Origin: Pseudomonadota bacterium
Lineage (GTDB): Bacteria; Pseudomonadota; Alphaproteobacteria; Acetobacterales; Acetobacteraceae
Reading direction: 5' to 3'
NCBI GenBank assembly: GCA_021807975.1
Contig: JAKBCJ010000001.1
Location: 1 to 36,127, forward strand
Length of the DNA: 36,127 bases
Below are positions 30,008 to 36,127 of the stretch, in pieces. The notes under the pieces are model-generated. The model was not told where the DNA came from. It made no database searches and saw nothing but the letters and a program-made list of their open reading frames with translations. Both the position numbers and the translations under genes were made by a program. Within the stretch, counting starts at the first letter, position 1. The number at the start of each line of letters is the position of its first letter.

Positions 30008-31093
30008 ATGGCCATGCGCGACGAAACCCGGATGCTGCTGGAAAGCATGAACCGGCTGTTCGAGGATAAATCTACCAAGCAGGTGATCGATCGCGCCGAA
30101 ACCGGCGTGTTCGCCGACGATCTGTGGCGGGCGGTGGCCGAAACCGGCGTTCCCCTGGCCGCGCTGCCGGAATCGGCGGGCGGAGCGGACGCCGAATGGT
30201 CCGACCTGTTCGCCGTGCTGCGCGTGGCCGCCCGGTTCTCCGCCCCCATCCCGCTGGCGGAAACGATGCTGGCCGGTTGGGTCGGTGCCAGCGCCGGCCT
30301 GGAACTATCCGACGGCCCAATGACCGTGGGACCGGTTCGCGGCAGTGACCGGCTGAGCATCGAGCGCGATGGCAACGGCTGGGTTCTGTCCGGCAAGGCC
30401 AGCCGGCTGCCGTACGCCGGCAGCGCCACGAAGACCATCCTGATCGCCGACGGCCCGGACGGGGAGATGGCCGTCGCGCTGGATGGGACCGGCGGCGCCG
30501 GCGTCGCACCCGGCAAGAACATCGCCAATGAACCAAGGGATACTCTGTCGTTTACCCGTGTGCGCCTCGACGCCGATGCGGTGGGACCATTGGGGCAGGG
30601 GGTATCGCGCGGCGCACTATACCGGCGCGGGGCGTTGGCCCGAGCGACGATGATGTCGGGGGCGCTGGAGCGGGCGATGGACCTGGCGGTTGGGTATGCC
30701 CAGGAACGGGTGCAGTTCGGCCGCCCGATCTCCAAGTTCCAGGCCGTGCAGCAGAATCTGGCCGTTCTGGCCGGACAAACCGCCGCCGCCGTGGCCGCCG
30801 CGAATCTGGGCATCCAGGCGCTGGGCAAGGTGGATGCCGAACGCGAACTGTTCCTGACCGGCGTCGCCAAAACCCGCGTGGGCGAGGCCGCGACGCTGGC
30901 TTGCGAGATCGCCCATCAGGTCCACGGCGCGATCGGCTTCACCAAGGAATACGCGCTGCAACTGTCAACGCGCCGGCTGTGGTCCTGGCGCGAGGAATTC
31001 GGGTCCGACCCGGAATGGGCGGCGCGGGTTGGATCGTATGCCTGCGCCAACGGGGCGGATGGGCTGTGGGAGATGCTGACCGCCGCGAGTTGA
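30008..31093 (+). CDS. Acyl-CoA dehydrogenase (divergent partner subunit)
   Basis: RVQFGRPISKFQAVQ and HQVHGAIGFTKEY present; SEPxxGSD degenerate. Confidence 0.88.
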   Translation: MAMRDETRMLLESMNRLFEDKSTKQVIDRAETGVFADDLWRAVAETGVPLAALPESAGGADAEWSDLFAVLRVAARFSAPIPLAETMLAGWVGASAGLELSDGPMTVGPVRGSDRLSIERDGNGWVLSGKASRLPYAGSATKTILIADGPDGEMAVALDGTGGAGVAPGKNIANEPRDTLSFTRVRLDADAVGPLGQGVSRGALYRRGALARATMMSGALERAMDLAVGYAQERVQFGRPISKFQAVQQNLAVLAGQTAAAVAAANLGIQALGKVDAERELFLTGVAKTRVGEAATLACEIAHQVHGAIGFTKEYALQLSTRRLWSWREEFGSDPEWAARVGSYACANGADGLWEMLTAAS

Positions 31094-31147
31094 GGAGACG
31101 CAGCGAAATAAGCGAGTCGCTTGACGGATTTCACCGGCCTTTCATCC

Positions 31148-31176
31148 TCATGGCGGGCCTGCGCCCGCCATGACGA
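31148..31176. repeat. REP-like palindrome between convergent ACAD and GGT-like genes
   Basis: TCATGGCGGGC-CTGC-GCCCGCCATGA, an 11-bp stem; 31150-31176 is identical to 34468-34494. Confidence 0.8.
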
Positions 31177-31219
31177 GGAGAGTTCGGTGCTCGATCGCCG
31201 GTGGTGTTAGCGGCGGCTT

Positions 31220-32911
31220 CTAAACCGCGATCGCGTAAGCCGGCCGCCGCGGGTCCGCGCCGGCGCCCATCATCCCGGTGTCCGGATCGGTCAGGATCGC
31301 CTCCACCGAACCGGCCAGCCACGTCCAGTCCGCCCATTCCTGGATCGTGTGGCCGCGCGCCGCCAGATCGTCCCGGGTCGCCTGGTCGATCCGGCCTTCC
31401 ACCGCCAACCGGCCGGGGAAATAGTCGAACGGCGCGAACGACGAGGGGAAGGAATACGACGCCACCCTGGGCGCCTCGATCGCGCTTTGCGGGTCCATCC
31501 CGAAATGCATCACGTTCAGCAGCACTTGCAGCATCGCCTGGATCTGCACATCGCCACCGGGGGTTCCCAGCGGCATGACCCCGCCCTTGTCGGTGACCAG
31601 CAGCGCCGGGTTCGGCGTCAACCTCGGCCGCTTGCCCGGTGCCACCCCGGCCGGATGCCGCGGATCGGGCCGGCTTTGTGAGCCTCGTCCGGACGGCGCG
31701 ATCCCCAGCCCCGGCACCACCGGCACCGCGCCCGCCCCGTCCGACGGCGTGGCGCTGAAAGCGTTGCCCCAGCGGTCCACGACGCAGCAATACGATGTGT
31801 CAGCCTCCGTCTTCGGCAAGTCCGCCATGGCGGCCGCGAACCCCGCCGCCTGGCCATCCAGCGGCGGCGGCATCGCCCCGAACGCTCGGTCATCCCGCAG
31901 CGCGGAGGCCCGCCGGGCGATGGTGGCGGGATCGAGGAGCCAGTCCACGGGAACGTCGGTGAAACGCGGATCGCCGAAGTAATATTCCCGGTCAGCCAGC
32001 GCCAGATTCAGGCATTCGACCACCCGGTGCAAGTAATCGGCGGAGTTGTGCGCCAGACCGTCGATGCCGACATGCTCGACCAGCGCCAGGGCCTGTTGCA
32101 GCGCCGGACCCTGGCACCACGCGCCGCAGGTGATCAGTTCATTCCCGCGCCAGGACCGGCGCACCACGGGTTCGACGGGGGACGCGTAGTCCGCCATGTC
32201 GGCCATCGACAGATAGCCGCCCTCCTGTTCCTGCAAGCGAATGATCGCCCGGGCGATATCGCCGCGATAGAACGCATGATGCGCGGCATCCAGGCCGGCG
32301 AGCCGATCCGGTCCGGCGGCGCGATCCTGATCGGCCATGTATTGAATTGTCCGCGCGAGATCAGCTTGCACGAATTTCTCGCCGGTCTTCGGCACCCGCC
32401 CGTTCGGCAGGAAAATCGCGGTGTTGGACTCCCAGCGCCGGTATTCGCCGGCATGCGAGCCGATGGACCGTTCCAGCAACGGATACACCGCGAACCCATC
32501 GGCTGCAAAGCGAATGGCGTGCGCCGCGACATCCGCGAACCGCATCGTCCCATGCCGCCGCAGCGCGGTGATCCAGGCATCGGGCGCGGCGGGAACAACG
32601 GTGCGCAACACGCCGGCCGGTATCTTCCCACCGTGATCCCGCATGAACACATCCGCCGGGATCGATTTCGGCCACCAGCCCAGCCCGGCGATGCTTTCCG
32701 TCGTGCCGTCCGCCAACCGGATCAGGATCGGCGCCACCCCGGCAAAATTGACCAGGTCCGGTTGCAATACCCCCAATGCGATCCCGGCCGCGACACCCGC
32801 GTCGATCGCATTGCCTCCGCCCTCCAGGACCGAGAACCCGGCCGAGGCGGCCAGGTAGTGCCCGGCCGAGATCGCGTGCCGGGTGCCATAGACGGTCGGA
32901 CGATGGGTCAT
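31220..32911 (-). CDS. Gamma-glutamyltransferase-family (Ntn hydrolase) protein, YwrD/HpxW-like
   Basis: GGNAIDAGVA, FYRGDIA, ADREYYFGDP, putative nucleophile in ADTSYCCVVD, PGKRPRLT, GTPGGDVQ, GADPRR. Confidence 0.9.
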   Translation of the reverse strand: MTHRPTVYGTRHAISAGHYLAASAGFSVLEGGGNAIDAGVAAGIALGVLQPDLVNFAGVAPILIRLADGTTESIAGLGWWPKSIPADVFMRDHGGKIPAGVLRTVVPAAPDAWITALRRHGTMRFADVAAHAIRFAADGFAVYPLLERSIGSHAGEYRRWESNTAIFLPNGRVPKTGEKFVQADLARTIQYMADQDRAAGPDRLAGLDAAHHAFYRGDIARAIIRLQEQEGGYLSMADMADYASPVEPVVRRSWRGNELITCGAWCQGPALQQALALVEHVGIDGLAHNSADYLHRVVECLNLALADREYYFGDPRFTDVPVDWLLDPATIARRASALRDDRAFGAMPPPLDGQAAGFAAAMADLPKTEADTSYCCVVDRWGNAFSATPSDGAGAVPVVPGLGIAPSGRGSQSRPDPRHPAGVAPGKRPRLTPNPALLVTDKGGVMPLGTPGGDVQIQAMLQVLLNVMHFGMDPQSAIEAPRVASYSFPSSFAPFDYFPGRLAVEGRIDQATRDDLAARGHTIQEWADWTWLAGSVEAILTDPDTGMMGAGADPRRPAYAIAV

Positions 32912-33051
32912 GGGCCGAACCTCCGGTTAAGCTTGAACGGTGAGGCAAAACCCGGCAGGGGTCCAGCGCGGGTCGATTGACAGGGCAGGGGGGCTGTATC
33001 ACAAGCCGCAACGGCTCCGATCACGGGCGGCTGCTGATAAAGGGAATGGAA

Positions 33052-34293
33052 ATGAAGTCCAAACTTCTGGCTATGGGTATGCTGTTGGCCGCGGGTTCGG
33101 CGCAGGCGCAACCGGTGGCCCCCGCCGAGATCAAGGTTGGCGCGCTGTATGCCAGTTCCGGTCCCTATGCCAGTATCTCCATGCCCGTGTTCGACGGCTT
33201 CAAGCTGTGGGTCGATCAGGTGAACGCCGGCGGCGGAGTCGAGGTGAAGGCGTTCGGCAAGAAAATCCCGCTGAAGCTGATCGCCTATGACGACCAGAGC
33301 AGCACGGCGACGGCGGCGACGCTGTATAACCAGTTGATTACGCAGGATCATGTCGATCTGCTGATCGCCGATTCCGGCTCTGTATTGACGTCTGTCGGCG
33401 TACCGATCGCCAAGGAGCATAAGCAGTTCCTGTTCGACGTATCCGGCACCGGTGCTGCGTTCTTCACCGACAACAACCCCTATATCGCGCTGATGGCGGA
33501 CCCGGTTTCGACCATCTGGCCGCACTACATTTCCGACTTCCTCGGCGATGAAGGCGTGAAGGCCGGCATCAAGACGGTGGCGATCCTGTATTCCACCAAC
33601 GACTTCACCGGCACCCAGGCCGCCGCGCTGAAGGGATTCTTCGAGCGGGACGGGAAAGTAAAAGTTGTCTATTATCAAGGTGTGCCAACCTCGACGTCGA
33701 ACTACACCGTGCTGATCAACAACATCGCCGCGCTGAACCCGGACGCGGTGCTGGAGCTTGGTTACGTTGGCAACGATATCGCCTTTCTTCGCAACCTGCA
33801 GGACAGCGGCAACCAGTTCAAGTTCGTGTTCTCGATCTACGCCGGCACGGAAAAGGACGAGATCGAGAAGAACGTTGGCGTCTCCGCGCTGACCAATATC
33901 TATAGTTACGTCCCGCCATCGAACTACGTTTACAAGCCCGAGGTCGGTATGACGCAGCAGGAATTTCATGCCGCGTGGGATAAGAAGTATCCGCCGGGTT
34001 CGGGCGTCGCGTTCGGCGCCAACGCGGTGTATGGCTACATGACCGGGCTGGTGGTGCAGAAGACGCTGGCCACGACCAAAAGCCTGGACCAGATGGATAT
34101 CCATAACGCGGTTTTTGCCCTGTCAGGCAAGCTGAAGACCCTGGACGGCACGTTTGAGCTGCGCAAGGACGGCGCCCAGATCGGCGAGGTGACCCCGCTG
34201 GGTCAGTTGCAGCCGGCTGGTAAGAATGAGTTGAATTTGGTCGCCGTGTATCCCCCGGATTTGGCCAACGGCAAGGCCGTGATCGGGAAGTGA
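33052..34293 (+). CDS. Branched-chain-amino-acid-type ABC substrate-binding protein
   Basis: Sec signal MKSKLLAMGMLLAAGSAQA; IKVGALY, VNAGGG, YDDQS. Start at 33046 or 33052. Confidence 0.9.
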   Translation: MKSKLLAMGMLLAAGSAQAQPVAPAEIKVGALYASSGPYASISMPVFDGFKLWVDQVNAGGGVEVKAFGKKIPLKLIAYDDQSSTATAATLYNQLITQDHVDLLIADSGSVLTSVGVPIAKEHKQFLFDVSGTGAAFFTDNNPYIALMADPVSTIWPHYISDFLGDEGVKAGIKTVAILYSTNDFTGTQAAALKGFFERDGKVKVVYYQGVPTSTSNYTVLINNIAALNPDAVLELGYVGNDIAFLRNLQDSGNQFKFVFSIYAGTEKDEIEKNVGVSALTNIYSYVPPSNYVYKPEVGMTQQEFHAAWDKKYPPGSGVAFGANAVYGYMTGLVVQKTLATTKSLDQMDIHNAVFALSGKLKTLDGTFELRKDGAQIGEVTPLGQLQPAGKNELNLVAVYPPDLANGKAVIGK

Positions 34294-34406
34294 GCGACGG
34301 TTCTTACCTGGCCGTTTCGGTGCTGTGCGGTTGTCTCCCGAGCATCCGCGCATTAGGGGGCAATGGCGAAATAGCGGCTTCAATGGACCCGCGATCGGAG
34401 GAGACC

Positions 34407-34492
34407 GTCATGGCGGGCGCAGGCCCGCGATCCACGGCTTTTCCTGAACCAGCACCGCAAGTCGTTGATGGCGGGCCTGCGCCCGCCATGAC
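34407..34492. repeat. Inverted pair of REP-like units (BIME/REPIN-like)
   Basis: GTCATGGCGGGCGCAGGCCCGCGATCCACGGCTT (34407-34440), an 18-nt linker, then a near-reverse-complement copy (34459-34492). Confidence 0.82.
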
Positions 34493-34639
34493 GATGAGGG
34501 GCCGGCGCCTTGAGTCGAACGATCTGCTCGTTTCGCCGCGCATCCTAACCCTTGCAGCGCGGATGGCCGGCGCATGTTCGGTCACGAGGGAAACCGCCAC
34601 GGCCGATCCCCAACCGGCCCCGACACTCCGGGGCGCCCG

Positions 34640-35515
34640 ATGCTGACCGGTGCGATCGTCGCTGGCGTGGTGTTCGGCCTGTACTATACCTTGGTCGGGC
34701 TGGGCCTGAATCTGGTGTTCGGCGTGATGCGCATCGTCAACCTCGCGCATGGCGACTTCCTGATGCTGGGCGGCATTTCCGCCTGGTTCCTGTTCACCAG
34801 CTTCGGGCTGAACCCGTTCGTGTCCGCGGGCCTGGTGGTGGTGGTGTTCCTGCTGGTGGGCTTGCCAATCTACTATCTGATCGTCCCGCGCCTGCTGCGG
34901 TCCCGCGATTCCGAGATGCTGTCGCTGATCCTGTTCTTCGGCATCTCCCAGATGATCGAGGCGGTCACCACGATCGGCGTGGGGGCCACCGAACGGTCCT
35001 TGCCGCCGCGCCTGCTGGGTGTCGGCCCGCTGGCTATCCTGGGCACCCGCCTGCCGAAATCCTGGATTTTCAGCGCCCTCGTCAGTGCGCTCGCGGTGCT
35101 GCTGGTGTATCTGTACCTGTATCGCACCCGGCTTGGGACTTTAACCCGAGCGGTGATGGTCAGCCGGGAAGAGGCGCTGGCGACGGGGATCGATGTGAAT
35201 TTCGTCTCCGCCATCGCGTTCGGCATCAGTCTGGCGCTGGCGGGCGTGGCCGGCGTGTTCGCCCCGTTCATCCTGGGCAGCATCACCCCGAACATGGGCG
35301 TCGCCATCAACATCACCGCTTTCGCCGTGATCGTGGTCGGCACTCTCGGCAACCCGCTTGGCACGCTGCTGGGCGGCATCATCTATGGCGTATCGCTGAT
35401 GCTGATGCAGACCTATCTGAGTTCCTGGGCGAACCTGTTGCCCAACCTGCTGCTGATCGCGGTGCTGCTGATCCGGCCCGAGGGCATCCTGGGAAGGAAA
35501 ACGCGGCGTGCATAA
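34640..35515 (+). CDS. livH: Branched-chain amino acid ABC permease, LivH-like
   Basis: GLGLNLVFGVMRIVNLAHGDF, RTRLG...RA, LLIRPEGILG. Alternative ATG at 34574. Confidence 0.9.
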   Translation: MLTGAIVAGVVFGLYYTLVGLGLNLVFGVMRIVNLAHGDFLMLGGISAWFLFTSFGLNPFVSAGLVVVVFLLVGLPIYYLIVPRLLRSRDSEMLSLILFFGISQMIEAVTTIGVGATERSLPPRLLGVGPLAILGTRLPKSWIFSALVSALAVLLVYLYLYRTRLGTLTRAVMVSREEALATGIDVNFVSAIAFGISLALAGVAGVFAPFILGSITPNMGVAINITAFAVIVVGTLGNPLGTLLGGIIYGVSLMLMQTYLSSWANLLPNLLLIAVLLIRPEGILGRKTRRA

Positions 35516-36127
35516 ACGCAACCGGATCATCCTGGACGCGGCCATCGCCACCGCAGTGGTCGCGGTCATGGGCATCGCGCGAGGCGTCTATTCCAACGAG
35601 CTGATGCTGTTCAACTTCATCATGTTCCTGACCCTGGCGCAGGGTCTGAACATCATCTACGGCTTCACCGGCTATCTGCCGTTTGGCTATGTCGGCTTTT
35701 ACGGTGCAGGCGCTTACGGCTTCTCGCTGGTCGTCATGCACCTGCATGTGCCAGCCATGGTCGGCATGGTGGCTGCCGGGGCCGCCGCGCTGGTGCTGGG
35801 GGTCATCCTGCTGCCGCTGCTGCGGCTGTCGGGCGCCTATTTCGCCATCGCCAGCATGGCCGCGGCGCAAGCGGTGTATGAGATCGTGGCCAACCCGGAC
35901 CTGGAAAGCGTCACCAAGGGGCCGTACGGCGTGTCCCTGTCCGACGTGTTCGCCCCGGCGACCTCGTATTACGTTGCGCTGGCGATCCTGGCCGGCACGC
36001 TGTTTCTGGTGGTCTGGCTGCGCAATTCGCGCTTCGGCATGTCGTTGCAGGCGATCCGTGATGACTCCGTCAGCGCGGCGATGGCCGGCGTCTCGGTGGT
36101 GCGCGGCCGCACCATCGCGTGGCTGCT
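35508..36127 (+). CDS. livM: Branched-chain amino acid ABC permease, LivM-like; runs off the right edge
   Basis: Not in the ORF track; from GTG 35508: MHKRNRIILD...GLNIIYGFTGYLPFGYVGFYGAGAY...LRLSGAYFAI...SRFGMSLQAIRDD. Confidence 0.9.
   Translation, partial: MHKRNRIILDAAIATAVVAVMGIARGVYSNELMLFNFIMFLTLAQGLNIIYGFTGYLPFGYVGFYGAGAYGFSLVVMHLHVPAMVGMVAAGAAALVLGVILLPLLRLSGAYFAIASMAAAQAVYEIVANPDLESVTKGPYGVSLSDVFAPATSYYVALAILAGTLFLVVWLRNSRFGMSLQAIRDDSVSAAMAGVSVVRGRTIAWL

Noticed and set aside
32977-33005. Perfect TTGACA upstream of the ABC SBP gene
   Set aside because: The best -10-like hexamer (TATCAC) is only 13 nt away. It may still be a promoter, but I cannot support the call.
34377-34400. GCTTCAATGG..., resembling the end of a type I-G CRISPR repeat
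   Set aside because: Single short match, no repeat-spacer periodicity and no cas genes.

Overview
GC-rich alphaproteobacterial chromosomal window. Gene content and order are consistent with Acetobacteraceae such as Rhodopila/Acidisphaera (inference). It holds about 30 CDS and one tRNA-Lys(TTT). A housekeeping core (purB; gyrA-coaD-two cyclophilins-tRNA-Lys) is interleaved with accessory modules. These are: (i) an ABC substrate-binding protein with a divergent LysR, then gabD and an MFS permease; (ii) a ~1390-aa SNF2 helicase followed by a DUF1186/SEC-C protein; (iii) a CaiB CoA-transferase coupled to a Nu-class GST; (iv) a CNNM/TlyC gene coupled to GDP-heptose genes (HddC-GmhB fusion, HddA), followed by two glycine-zipper lipoproteins; (v) a SulP transporter with a structured leader resembling the sul1 RNA motif; (vi) an operon of kappa-GST/HCCA isomerase, F420-type LLM oxidoreductase and two acyl-CoA dehydrogenases, next to a non-canonical GGT-family enzyme and a Liv-type ABC transporter. 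Four copies of a REP-like palindrome are present. I saw no integrase, transposase, prophage or CRISPR array. All family calls come from motif recognition by eye, not database searches.
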